From Blepharisma stoltei ATCC 30299 (taxonomy: Eukaryota; Protista; Ciliophora), in assembly GCA_965603825.1 (NCBI GenBank), contig CBFDEM010000048.1, positions 1 through 64,000 of the forward strand: a stretch of DNA of 64,000 nucleotides, in the 5' to 3' direction. The notes under the pieces were generated by a model. The model saw only the letters and a program-made list of their open reading frames with translations, did not search any database and was not told the origin of the DNA. A program made the position numbers and the translations under genes. This document shows, one piece after another, positions 36,703 to 50,100 of this stretch. Every line of letters starts with the position of its first letter. Position 1 is the stretch's first letter.

Positions 36703-38031
36703 ATGGAGTCGATTTTCAACGAAATTGACAAAAGAGGTAGAAAATCGAATGAGTTCTGAACTGGGTGCTTTCAAATGAACCACAGAATAATATTTGAAAG
36801 TGAGGTGTGGGAATTTCAAAATAAAAATCTCTTAATTCCTATCACTTTAGCGCTCACAGAAGAAAGTCTTTTAAAACATCAACAAGGTAGAAAAATGAAA
36901 TCAGCAAACATCAAATGGAAACTAATCGAGGCATTTGTTGAAGAAAAGGAGAATGATTGCAAATACATTTTTCGAGTCGGGCAAGGATCCATTTTTAAAG
37001 AATTCTATGTAGCTACATCAGAAATACTTGATGAGTGGCTTTACCATCTTTCAACTGTAGGAATAATGGCCGAAATAGGTAATGATTATAATTTTATTAA
37101 AGAAATTGGAAAAGGCGGGAGTGCCAAAGTTTTCCTAGCAGAGGATAAAGAAACCCATATGAAATACGCTATTAAAGCCTGCCCAAAATCTCTAGCAAAT
37201 AGCATTCAAAACGGCAAATCTACACTTGCAAGCGAAATCAATATGATGAGAAACCTCAACCATCCAAACATTGTTAAGCTTCTAAAAGTTTATGAATCTG
37301 AAGAACATGTCTTTCTTGTCCTCGAATATATCAACGGCGGCACCTTATTGGATAGGCTATCAAACTATCACAAATATTCAGAAAAGAATGCAGCAGAAAT
37401 TATTTCAAGGCTGCTAAAAGCTGTTGACTATTTACATTCTTTAGAAATAGTTCATAGAGATATAAAACTTGAAAACATTTTGATGATTTCAGAAAATAAT
37501 GATATTGAGTTCAAGCTAGCCGATTTCGGCTTGGCATGTGAAGACGATCATGAACTTTCAAAAAGATGCGGGTCTCCTGGGTATACAGCCCCTGAAATCT
37601 TTTCTGAAAAAACTTATGATAAAAAGGTTGATATTTTTAGTGTAGGAATAGTCCTTTATGGGCTATTAACTGGAACTGCTGCGTTTCCAGGAAAAACTGC
37701 GGAAGAAAGAATGAGGAAAAACAGAGAAGGGAAAGTCTATTTTGATGGAAAACCTTGAAAGAATATTTCAAAATCCGGAATAGATATGGTATCAAAGCTT
37801 GTATCAATCAATCCTTTTGAAAGACCATCTGCACAGAGCGCGCTTGACCATATTTGGCTTAGGTATAATCTTAAAAGTTTTCGGAAAATTAAAGCTCGGT
37901 CAAGAAGAATCGGAAGATATTTGTTAGGATTGCCCAAGGAGTCAGAATCATCAACCCATCTTGATATCGAAGAAATTGATTTAAAGCCGATTTCTTCGGA
38001 AGGGATAATGATTACTGTTGAAGATGCTTAG
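36703..38031 (+). CDS. PH-like domain plus CAMK-group kinase (third paralog)
   Basis: ATG 36703 (MESIF...EF(W), cf. MNSIF...KFW and MLSIF...PFW). Joined through TGA 37756 (GKP-W-KNIS) to TAG 38031. Confidence 0.88.
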
Positions 38032-38228
38032 ATAGCCTGATATGTGTTATTTTATTTTTAATATAAACATTCGGTTGTAATATTATTCAATAAGTTGAGT
38101 TTCAATTCAGCCATTTACAGCAAATTAGCGTATAATGATTGAAAAGCTTATAGTCTAGCTTTCACGTTTGGCCATATAATACTCTATATTTATATTTTTA
38201 ATCATTATACCTCTACAAATTTATTATC

Positions 38229-40073
38229 CTATAGATTTTTGAATTTGAGTCCAAGGACTTTCAGCTCAATAAACGCGATTGACCTAGCTCCAACTGAAAA
38301 AAGGATGCATCATAATAAGCTCATTCCAATTGAGTCACTAAAGCCTAAATCATTCAAAGGGTCACATTTTGGCCCGCGAGGATCGCAATCCCAGTCCATA
38401 TCGGTATATTGGTTTACACACAATGCTTGGAAGCTTCATCTGAAAGGGGAAAAATATTGGACCCACTTGAAAGCTTCAGTGTTATCCATCAGTCCTTCAT
38501 AAGCAATTAATGGAGATGATACCATTGGGACAGCTGCATTAGCTATTAAAATGCTAGAGCATAAGGCTCCAACTATATACCCTAATCCGTGTCCCATTCA
38601 TTGACTAAGAAAAATAATAAAAACAAAAGTTAAAAATTTTTCTGCAGTTAAATCAAGACCAAGAGGGAAATAAAGCAAAGGTGAGGCTACAAGAGCAGCT
38701 ACAACTTGAAGTGGAAGCTCAGCAATCATCTTTGTTATGTAATAAGTAAGAGCTCCGTATAGCCCTTGCCCATATTCTTTAAAAAACGTAGTTCTTTCTA
38801 CTGGGAATGTCATTGCACTACCTGTGTTTCCGATTTGAATGCACATTATGGCTAGGAAATACATTACCCCATTTATCGTATGAATAGCTTCATAATCGTT
38901 TCCTAAATCATGGAATAATAAATCTAGTAATATACTTGTAACTATGTAAAACCCTATAGTAATCTGAGACGGGCCTGGATTCCTCACATTATTTATGAAG
39001 CTTCTCTTTGTCAGGATTAAAATCTTTTTAATGCTGCCTACATCTGATGCCATATATAAATTTAGCTGAGCCGTTCCAAGGTCCCTAATTTTATCTTTTT
39101 TGTCTGCGTGGCCCTCATAAGCCATTTTTAAGTTTTCTAAAATTTCTGATTCCTCTTTTGTTAATTCGTAACGATTTGTAATGTGGAGGAGTTTTATATA
39201 ATATTCAGCAGGATTTACCAATCGTGGGGTTTTGTATCCAAGCTGCGAGAAATATTTTCTTGATTTGGCAGCGGATCCTTGGTACATTGTGAGCCCTTCA
39301 CTTAGCAGAATAAGCTTATTGAATTTTTTAAAAATTGAAGTGCTTGGCTGATGAATTGTGGCGATAACGGTTCTTCCTTTTTTAGCCTGCTGAATTAATA
39401 GGTCAACTAATATATCTGCTGTGAAGCTGTCTAGTCCTGAGGTAGGTTCATCTAAAATGATGATTTGAGGCTCAGAAATCAACTCAACTCCTATGCTGGT
39501 TCTTTTTTTTTCGCCTCCTGAAATTCCTTTAAACATTGCGTCTCCTATCATGTTGTCTGCAATTCCAGTTAGTCTGAGCTCATGGAGTATTCCATCAACT
39601 TTATCTTTAATCTCTTTTGACGATCCAGCACATCGTAATCCAGCAGAAAAGGTCAGAGCTTCACGGACAGTTAAAAAAGGAAGCAAAATATCTTCTTGGG
39701 TCACATAAGCACAATATTTTTGAAAATTGAGTTGGTTTATATCGATTCCATTGGCTTTTACTGTTCCTGAAACTTTGGTGGAAGAGCACGATTTTATTCT
39801 TCCTGCAACGATATTTAGAAGACTTGTTTTACCTGCGCCTGATAAGCCCATAATGGCTAAGAATTCTCCAGGATTGGCTGATCCTGAAACTCCTTTTAAA
39901 ATTTCTTGGGACTTCTTTTTTATAGTCACTTGATAACGAATATCTTCTCAAGCAAGCTGAATTTCAGGGGTTGCACTGTCAAAAATCTGCGTCTGCGTAA
40001 TTTCTTCATAATAAGTGGAATCATCTAATCCATTTTTTGCCAATAGAGAAGGATTTTTCAACTCAGTTGACAT
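38229..40073 (-). CDS. ABCG (White-family) half transporter 1
   Basis: IQLA(W)EDI, Walker A GLSGAGKT, ISGGEKKR, LDEPTSGLD, TIHQP, C-terminal TMD. TGAs read through to TAG 38229-38231. Confidence 0.92.
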
Positions 40074-40584
40074 ATTTTTATTGTTGAAGCATTATGCTAC
40101 TTTGCTATTGCGTCACCACTGCTATTATCTTAATAAAAAAATGCTAAATATAATTAAATTTTATTGTAATATTATCAAACTTTCAAAGCAAATTATTTAA
40201 TTAATTTGCCCGATATAATTAAATAAAGACAAAAGCATGAATTTCTTTTTTATTTTAACTCATCCCAGCCTTTAATGTCGAGCTAAGATTAGCATAAAAA
40301 CAAACCAAAAATTAAAGCAATTTAGCGAAAACATGGGACGCCTCTTCATTTGCAGCGCCTAAGTATTTTATAAACAGTTTTTAAATATTTTAACTTTTAA
40401 AAGCGTAAAATCGTTCAAGCCTTTTTAAGATAAATTCTTTTCTCTTAATATATATAATTATATTCAATCTCTTTATGCTATGACGCCAAACATAAGATCG
40501 CCAGAAATTAGGCTAGTTAATTCTAGGTAAATTTTTATTCAATGATTTTAATAGTAAAAATGGCGAGGTATCATAAGTTTTCGA

Positions 40585-43500
40585 TTAACTTTTATTAGTT
40601 ATTCTTTTAATTATCAAGTCAATCGGAGTGGGATGGAAAATGTGGTCCCAAGTTTTGAAAATAAAATCAGGAATTAATGCCAAGAAAGGTGTAAAAAAGA
40701 CCACAAGCCACGTCTTCGGCAATGAAAACGCTAAATAAAATAGCTGATTCAGGTCAGGCTGGGCAAGTTTCGCCACAACACTTGTATTAAGCCCAATCAA
40801 ACATAAATAATAAAATCCTATGCATATCATTCCAGCCACAATACTAATTTTATTCCAAAATACGCTCTCTAAAAACAGTTTAAATGTAATCACATGGATT
40901 ACAAGTGTAAAGGTAATCGTTGACACAAACCACAGTCCAGCTACTTGTCCGACCTCATCTATTGCTTTGTAAAGCGTCATATTTGGAATAAAGAAGCATA
41001 ACACTCCATGCCAAATTGCAAATACCACCCATCTCCAGAATACTTTGAAAGAAAAATAGGCTTTCCTAGGCCCAGCTTGATAAGCAACTGGATACTTGAA
41101 AGAGTCTTCAGCGTTTAAGTCTTGTTCGAACAAAAAGATTAGCAAGCATGGCCAACTAGTCCAAAGAGCATTAAAAAGCATAGGCAGCCAATCTAAGAAG
41201 TAAACCTGACCACTGAAGCCATTTAAGAAGGAAAAGCAAAGCTCAGCAAACACCACAGTCACATTTTTATAGAAGTAATAACAGATGAAATACGAAATCC
41301 TTCTATATCCCCATCTCCCATGGACTAACAGTAGTTTTTGGAGGTATTTAAACTGGCAAAACGCATAATCAGAAGCTTGAACAGCTTGAGAGCCTTCTTT
41401 TCCAGCAATTCCGACACCAATATGAGCTTCTTGTATCATGCTTACATCGTTAGCACCATCTCCAATAGCTAGAGTGATCCATGGTCCTGATTCCTTAGCA
41501 AGCGCAACAACTTGAGCTTTTTGTGCAGGTGAAACTCTGCAGCATATGCAGGATTCTGAAATCAAGCCTAGTTTAAAGAAATTTTCTCGATAAGCTTGTT
41601 TAGCATCAAGAGCCCACACTAGTGTGAGACCATCAATAACCAAGGCAAGCCTTTCTGTCATTGTTTCTTTGAATTTCAGGAGATCTTTTATACTCATTGT
41701 TTTAAGAGAATATAAATTGACGTAGTAGTCAAGCACCGCAGAAAACTCAGCTAATGAAGTGCTTGAAAGGTCAACTAAAGTCATGGAAGGCTGGACTAGG
41801 TTGCAAGCTTTTCCAATCTCAATCGCCGTTTCTTGCTTATCACCTGTAAGCACCCACACTCTTATTCCAGACGACAGCAGAAATGACACAGCTTCAGGGA
41901 CTCCATCTTGCAGTTTATCTTCAATTGCTGTCGCTCCTAATAAATTTAAATTATTTTCTAATAGTCCTCCATGTGCATCAAGTCTTTCTGACTTATCAGG
42001 CGATTTTGATAGCTGAATTTCTTTCCATATCTTTATCCATTCATCAAATTCGTGGTCATCTATATATCTATAAGCTAGAACTAAAGTCCTTAGCCCTTCT
42101 ATTGCAAAGGTGTGCATGTGCTTGTCTAGCGTTTCGAAACTTTGGTTCTTTTTAAGCAATTTCATCATAACCATATCAGCTCCTTTGGTCATCAGCATAT
42201 ATTTGCCTGTATGTGGCTCTCTTACTACAACTGACATACGTTTCCTGTCAGAGTTAAATGGGACTTCAGCAATAACTTCCCAGGTTTGTTGCTCCCCACG
42301 GTAGTTTATGATTTCTTTACCATCGATTCTATCAGAAAAGACTATTCCCATGTCGCAGCTTCCTTCAACTAATGCAAGCTCATCTGGAGACGCTGCTTGG
42401 TATTTAGGTTTTTTCGGGTTTTCTGGGTCTGGAGAAGGTAAAACGCTATGACAGACAGCGAGAAGGGTGAAAAACATCTTCACCTCGTCATGGTTAGGAT
42501 GGTGGGGATCTTGCAAAATCGCATCTGGCTTGGTATCTTCTCCAACGCCCCAAGCTTTACTTCTGTTGCCATATCCATATATAGACCCTCCTATTGAGCA
42601 TTTTTTGAATTCCATAACATTGCAGGTAAGAGTGCCAGTTTTATCAGAAAATACAAACTCGACTTGGCCAAGCTCTTCTACTAAATCGCTTGTCCTACAT
42701 GTGGTTGGCCGGTCATCAGGCATGTAATAAAGTTCGCGGTCTTGACTGATTAGATATGAAAGAAGCATTTTTAAGACTTCTAAAGCGACATACAGAGAAA
42801 TTGGGATCAAGTGAGAGTATGCGACAAGAAAAGTTAGAGCTTGGGCTATAAAAATCCACGGCGTGACTTCATCAGATGTAGCTAAGTAAACATGGTTGGA
42901 TCCATTTTCAGATCTCCAAATCATGCTGAATCCGGAAAAGACCAAACAAACTGTCAGTTGAAATGCAAAAATTGCATAAAGCATGGTATTCATAGTTCTG
43001 AGCACGTTGCTCATTTTAGATGGGGCTGCCTTAGAGTTCAGCACAATTTTGGTTTCAATTCCAGTATAGACGACGACTCCGAACACATGCTTGGTGTTTT
43101 TCAATACGCAGCCTCTTAACAGCAGCTGATTCATCCCCATAGGCTCCATGGTCTTATCAGGTCCTTCGAAATTGCAATTCCATTTGATCAAAGACATATG
43201 AGGTAAGTCACACCTTAAAATCCCTCTGAAATTAGCTAACTGTTCAGGCGTCTGAAGTCCTCTTGTTGTTTCTAACGTGGTTTTTTCTTTAAGATTGGTT
43301 TCCCCATCAAGGTTCATTGTATTTACCATTGCTATACCTTTAGGATTTGACGTTGAAAGAAGGACGATATCTGCAGGAATCCCTTGGTTTTCTTTTATTT
43401 GCAAAATATCGCCAACCTTGATATCCATGCAAGGTATTTCTATGACAGTTTTGGTAGCTAAATCAAGCTTGTAGTTGACAGCAGAGTTCACTGCGTTATC

Positions 43501-43848
43501 TGATTTATGACGGAAATAATCTTCATATGCTTCTTTGAACATTGTGAAGACAAGGACACCTCCGAATGTTGCAATTAGAGAGACTGGGCTTTTGGGTGAA
43601 AATGGCATGCAAGTAAGAATTGAAATCACTAAGAAATAAATATTAGCAACTCTTCTGAACTGCCATAACAGACTTTTTGGTGCCCAGTTGATAATGGTGT
43701 ATTTTGATGTCTTGATTCTATTGTTTCCTAAAGCATCGTTGTGAGCGCCAAAGCCAAATTCAACACGGCGATACTCGCCTTCTTTCCATTCGCTATTGCT
43801 TTGAGACCCAGCTTGAATAAGTTCAACCCCTTGCTTTTTGCTGGACAT
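40585..43848 (-). CDS. P4-type ATPase (phospholipid flippase), 1087 aa
   Basis: LDGETNLK, PISLYV, DKTGTLT phosphorylation site, SPDE, VLTGDKQETA, GDGAND. First ATG 43848. Confidence 0.95.
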   Translation of the reverse strand: MSSKKQGVELIQAGSQSNSEWKEGEYRRVEFGFGAHNDALGNNRIKTSKYTIINWAPKSLLWQFRRVANIYFLVISILTCMPFSPKSPVSLIATFGGVLVFTMFKEAYEDYFRHKSDNAVNSAVNYKLDLATKTVIEIPCMDIKVGDILQIKENQGIPADIVLLSTSNPKGIAMVNTMNLDGETNLKEKTTLETTRGLQTPEQLANFRGILRCDLPHMSLIKWNCNFEGPDKTMEPMGMNQLLLRGCVLKNTKHVFGVVVYTGIETKIVLNSKAAPSKMSNVLRTMNTMLYAIFAFQLTVCLVFSGFSMIWRSENGSNHVYLATSDEVTPWIFIAQALTFLVAYSHLIPISLYVALEVLKMLLSYLISQDRELYYMPDDRPTTCRTSDLVEELGQVEFVFSDKTGTLTCNVMEFKKCSIGGSIYGYGNRSKAWGVGEDTKPDAILQDPHHPNHDEVKMFFTLLAVCHSVLPSPDPENPKKPKYQAASPDELALVEGSCDMGIVFSDRIDGKEIINYRGEQQTWEVIAEVPFNSDRKRMSVVVREPHTGKYMLMTKGADMVMMKLLKKNQSFETLDKHMHTFAIEGLRTLVLAYRYIDDHEFDEWIKIWKEIQLSKSPDKSERLDAHGGLLENNLNLLGATAIEDKLQDGVPEAVSFLLSSGIRVWVLTGDKQETAIEIGKACNLVQPSMTLVDLSSTSLAEFSAVLDYYVNLYSLKTMSIKDLLKFKETMTERLALVIDGLTLVWALDAKQAYRENFFKLGLISESCICCRVSPAQKAQVVALAKESGPWITLAIGDGANDVSMIQEAHIGVGIAGKEGSQAVQASDYAFCQFKYLQKLLLVHGRWGYRRISYFICYYFYKNVTVVFAELCFSFLNGFSGQVYFLDWLPMLFNALWTSWPCLLIFLFEQDLNAEDSFKYPVAYQAGPRKAYFSFKVFWRWVVFAIWHGVLCFFIPNMTLYKAIDEVGQVAGLWFVSTITFTLVIHVITFKLFLESVFWNKISIVAGMICIGFYYLCLIGLNTSVVAKLAQPDLNQLFYLAFSLPKTWLVVFFTPFLALIPDFIFKTWDHIFHPTPIDLIIKRITNKS

Positions 43849-44137
43849 ATTTATAGCTTGACTAATTCTGAACTCAAGCAAATAAATCAAATCCAATATA
43901 AAAAGGCTTTAAAATTTAAGATAAAAATGCATTCTCTCGCTTGCTTTCAAAATTAAATATAAATGATAATGCGATCATAGTAAAAATTAATATTAATAAT
44001 CGATAAAAGGCAAAATTTAATAATAATTCTCTGATTAATGGATTATTTGCTTACATTTTTAATAAAATTACCATTGGAATATTAAATTTGAAACTAGTAA
44101 GCATGCCAGTAGCATCCAAAAATTTTTGATATATAAT

Positions 44138-47100
44138 ATGGAATCTCCTGACAATAGCAAACCTATAAAGTACGGATCTCTGATAACTATCAAAATTCCT
44201 AAAAGCAGCTTACTTTATTCTCACGGATTTATTGACAATGATTTATACCTCAGAGAGCAATCACAATCTGATTTCATAGGGCACATATTTAGAATAATCC
44301 CATTTAGCATGTATGGAGCACAAAATGAAGTATTAAATTCACTTCCTGAAATATCTAAATATCCATTTAGTGAGAAAATATCAAGATTAGAAGATTTTCT
44401 GGATGCTGAAGTTGAGTCGAATCTTAATAACTATGCAGCTTTGAAAGGAACTCCGATAAAATTTGGATCTCTCATACAGCTTGAGCACTACAAAAGTCAA
44501 AAGTTTTTGACCTTAAAAAGCAATGAAAATGCAGACATTGAAAAAGAAAATTTCAAAATTTCTCTAGAAGACTACAGTAGCGAATTCTCTATCTTCAAAA
44601 TTCAACCTTGTTTTAAATTTCAAGAAGAAGGAATTGGCTATATAAAAGAAAACGATAAAATTTACCTAGAAATAGCAATTTCTGAGCTAAACAGGTGCGC
44701 ATTTTTGCATGCCACTCACAGTTCCTTGGCCTCCATTATAGACCAAATAAATGGAGAAGCGGGGAAATCATTTGAAGTGAATGCATCGTTCGAGCAAAAA
44801 TCCCAATGGATTTTTCAAGAGTTTGCATATACAAAAAATGAAGAAATTGATTATATGAAATTGGGAGATTGTGTTTGAATTAAACCATCAGAAGAGAAAG
44901 TAAGACTTGGAGCTTTTGGGAAGGAATCAAAAGTGTATTTTAATGATAATTGTAATGACACAAATGGGTTGTGAATAATAGAAAATGAAAATTGTGCTAC
45001 TGGAGGAGTTTTAAATTCAAATATGAATATTAGGATAAAACATTTATCAACTGGGTGCTATTTGTCAATTGGAAAATCTAGAAATTCTAAAGATAAATTA
45101 ATACTGGAAAAGGAATTGAAGAAAAAGACTGTTTGAAAACTTGTAAAAATAAAAGATGAGCAAAATATTATAAATGATGATTATTGTAGAATTTTAAATG
45201 TAAAAAAAAATGTGTATATTAATAGTAAAAAACGAACAAAGTCAGGATTGGACTACACACCTTCACTGACAGATGAAAATGATGAATTTACTTGCTTTAG
45301 AATTTTTAATGCTGATAGTGAAAGAGTTAAGGAAACACAATTTTTATTGAATGCATATCCAATAATATCCTATTATCCTCAATTTTTATTACAAAATGAG
45401 TCTTCTGAATACCAAAATTTCGACCTATATACACATCTTTTATTGATATGTTTGAAAAATCTAACAAAGTTCTGTAGAAATTCACTCTATTTTATGGTAG
45501 GGGTCGATCAAAGGATAGGCCAAACGCAGTTTAAAAGGCAAAAATTACTAAAAGAGCATAATTTCATTGATAGCCTTTGCGAAATTTTAAAATTTTCTAT
45601 AACCACTGATAAAGAAAAGAAAATGATTAAACAATTGAAAAAGGAAAAATCATTAAAAACAGATAATTTTTACATAAAAAGAGCCCGCAAAGTTATTGAT
45701 TGAGAAACATTTAAAATAAAAACAATTTTTCGGGTTGTCAAAAAAATATACAAATTACTATCAGCAATTTGCAAAGCAAACAGCGAAATCCAAACCTATC
45801 TATTTCAATTTTTAAACGTTTTTGCCAATCATATAGGATTGGATTCATGAGTAAAGAATTGCTTATTAGAAATACTGAGCAATAATGAAGAACTTTTACT
45901 GAAAATTCATGAAGCCAAAATTGAAGAAAATTCTGAAAATATTATAGAATTCCATGTTAATTTGTTGAAAAATACTAAAAAGGAGTTTAAGCATCATATT
46001 ATTGATTTTTTGAAATTTATCTGCGTTTATAATGGAAACAGTGTGCATGTGAATCAAGAAGTGCTTTATGAATATTTATTTATTAATAAAGAAAATTATC
46101 GAAGGCTAATGATCCCTGTATTTATTAATGCTGCTAATGATCTCTGCATTGAAATTGATAGTTCTGGGTCAATAGTTTCGTTAGAAGAGTGTTTTGAAGA
46201 CTTTGAAAAATATGAAAAAAAACTAATATATTTTAGGCACATAATAAAGCTCTTGGCCAACATGAGCTCTGGTAGAAATTTTTTATGTATCGAAAAGCTT
46301 AAAGACTTATTCCCACCAGACGCTTTGTTTAAAGCAATTTGAAACTCTAATATTAGCAATGATTTGAAGGCTTCTCTATCTAAACTAATGCTGGCACTTT
46401 ATATTGACACTCCTCCAAGAGAAGATATAATCAAGCCCGAATTAATTAAAGTGCTAGCCTTTGATGAAAATTTTCAAGAAAATGATATTTTTGATAATAA
46501 GCACTTGAGAATTAATTCGTGCTCTTCAGAGCAGAGTACTTCAAGATCCTCTAAAAAAGTTGCTAATGCTTTTATGATTGAAGAGGAAGAAGAAATTGCT
46601 ATATCAAATGATGAAGAAATAATTATTTATAATTTCATGAAAAAAATATTAGAATATTTATCCTGCACTGATATTGGAGCAGCAGATAAATTTACCTATG
46701 AGATTTTGAAAATTGGTGAAAAATTAATAAAATTTGAAATGTTTGGAACCGGATATACATGCTATGATAATGGAGTCTATTTATATAGTCCTCTGTCTAA
46801 AGAATTTACAATTGAAAATATGGATATCGTTAAGTTTGCAAAATCCATCATTCCATTATTTCTCAAGAATCAAAATATAAACATTTTAAATAGAAAATAT
46901 TCAATTAATCCTGGTAGGAAAATCAATAAAATATATAAATTTCAAGAGAGCACTCAATATGAAAATAGCTCAATTTGTGCATTAAATATAAAAAATCTTC
47001 TAGTTTCTTTTCCAAGCAATTTTTCCAAGATTAATCATTCATCATCTGCAAGATCCAAAATACTAATGTCAAGCATTTTAAATAAATATTTAGACACCAG

Positions 47101-50100
47101 ACAAGAATTTTTACTTAATAACATTCTGCATTGGTTTCAGAACTTAAAAGAGCAAACATTATGAAAAATTGATGAAATCACAAGCCTGCTGCCTCCAGTC
47201 TTAATGATTGGAGAAAAAATGTCGAGATATCTATCAAAAGAAATAATTCAAGAAATATATTCACATAATTTTAAAACCTGATGTCCAGTCATAGTGCCTG
47301 ATTTAAATTTCCTATACCATAAACCAATTTTATCAGCATTATTAAAAGGGTTCGTTTATTCTACAGACTATTCACTCCAATCTGTGTTTTTATCTTTTAT
47401 ACTCAGGTGCTTTAGCCAAAGAACAGAACTATTGAAGTCTGTAAAACATTTATATGCATTGAGCTCTAAGACAGACGTGGAATTAATATCTTGACTGAAA
47501 TCTCATATTTCTATATTTAAAAAGTTTTGCGACCAAAGTGAACTCTGGCTAAACACATGAACAGGAGATCATTTAAACCACCAAAATACAATAGACCGAG
47601 TTATCGAGCTTCTTGGAGACTTTGAGCTGATTTTTTATGAAGGTGTTTGTATAGATAACGGAAAGCCTTCATATATGGGGTTGTCAAATATATCTCCAAT
47701 AAGGCAAGAAATGCTTTCATATTTATGCCTACATGATCATATAATTAAGCTCATTAAAGATGGCATGCATACACTTGAAACGCTGTATATGCAAGAAAAT
47801 AGTCAATATGATAAAATAAAAAAACAAACAAAAGAGCTCTTTTCTCGTTGCCATAGGATATTGAAAAGGCTTGTATACGAAAACCCAAAAAATCAAAAAA
47901 TTATGCATAGTCATGTACATATTTTTATGCAATACCTTAAAATAAATGTAGAGCAAATACCATTGATTTGTGAAATTTATAAGAATAACCTGAATTTGAT
48001 TAAAACACTAAGCTTGGATATTCTAAAGAGTTTTGTAAATCTTATTTATTTAGAAGGAAGACAGCCTGCATTTTTAGATTTTTTCGATATAATCTTATCA
48101 GTCCAAGGTAATTATAAGATTTTAAACAGAGCTGAAAATAGCAGAATATATATTCCAGAGATCCAAAGACTTGTTCTGAATGTATTTGAAGACAAAACGA
48201 TTGACAGATTTTTACTTTTCATGAATAACGAAGGGGAGTTTATATTTACAGAAAAACCACAAGAAAAAAAAATAGGTAAATACAAAGATATCCCTTATGA
48301 ATATCATGCTAAATTAATATCGCTCCTATCAAAGTGTGGAGTTGGAGTAAACGGAATGTATATGAATGAAGCAAAGTGCCAAAAAATAATTTCTTTAGAA
48401 AATGTTTTCAAAATTCTAAAGCAAATTGAAGAAAGTCCATTTAGTCAACTTGAAAAATTGAAAATTCCGATGATCGAATTTTTGTATAATAATTATCTTG
48501 ACTGTGAAAAGAAATCTGAAGAGATGAAAAATAATTGTTATTTTGTTAGTTATATTGCAATGCAAAATGAAATCATGCAGGAAAAATACCTTTTTGACAC
48601 AAAATATTTGATATTTTTAAAAATATTTATAGACTGCGTTGATAAATATTGTGAATTATATATAAATAGCAGAAATTCAACACCAGACAATTCGGACATT
48701 GCTGAAATTGAAAAATTTGCATACACTTTATCACAATGCAGCAATAAATTCTGCAGAATAAGAATTCCAAATGATTTTTATGAAAAAATCTGTAATTTTT
48801 GTAAAAAATTTGATTATGAGTTTCCTGAAATTTCATATGATGATGACGCAGAGGATTATTTGCAAAACACCTGCAATATAGCCTTGCAAACTAACATTTC
48901 TTTTGAAGAAAAAGCCTCAATAACACCTATAGGGGAATATTGAGAAAAAGTCCGAAATTTCCTAGTTTATGATTCAGAAATTAAAGATCTTATCGATATT
49001 GAGCAAAGAGCACTAAAAATAGCCATAATTAATTCCAGAGACATGTTAAGCAGCAAATTATCTCTTTCAATTATTTTAAGAGCTCTAGTAGAGTTTATTA
49101 ACCAAAGCACATTTCATAGAACAGATATGAAATTAATTACAAAATCTATAGAGCTGCTGAATTTACTTTTAGAAGAATTTGTTCTGAACAAAAGCGATGA
49201 AGATAATATAGTAAACACAAGAAATGAGCTATGGAAGATGAAAATAGGGAAATTGTCAATATCGATGATGTGCATTCCAGATCTCGATTGCCAAACCTTT
49301 CTTACTTCAGTAGAGCTAAGCCTATTGCTTTTACAAACAAACGCAAACCTTATCCAGCAAGAAATTTCAGAATTTTTGCTCCAATCTGATGTTTCAATGC
49401 TTTTTTATAACAGAATCCACAAGATAATAAATAAGAGCATAGAAGAGCATTCAAGTCTTGAAAATGAGAAAGAAACGGCATCTCCAGTCTATAAAAAAAG
49501 ATATGATCCAATAAGGATTATTCTTAAATTACTACGCGAACTATGTAGAAGAGATTTGGGTTTCAAGGAGTATATTAAACACCAAAAAAATGCACAAAAA
49601 AGTTATGACATTGTTGATGATATAATAAGCTTGTTAGAGACCTTAGTAAAAAATATGAATAAAGGCTCTTTAAATGCAATATGCGAGTGTCTGGATACGA
49701 TAAGTTCATTTGTTTCTGGCTGCAAGGCGAATCAAGATACAATTATTAATGGCAGATTACTAGAGATTATTGCTCGATTGATGGAATTAAATGAAAGTAG
49801 AGATAAATTCGAAAATTATCATGCACCTAATGAAAAGCAGATCAATGGAAACCTTATGGACAGTTGAATGATTTCAAAAATTAAATATAAAAGCATGCAA
49901 ACTATAATTAATCTCATCGAAGGGCGAAAGGATGATCATTTTATCAGTAAAATAGTCAGGATTTTAAATTTTGAAGTAGTTGAAGAAAATTTGGTTAATG
50001 TTTATTCTAATTTTGTCGACTATTATCCAAATGCAGATTATAATCCTGAGATATTTAACCATCTGTATACTTATGATCATAAATCTTTAAGCAATCCTCA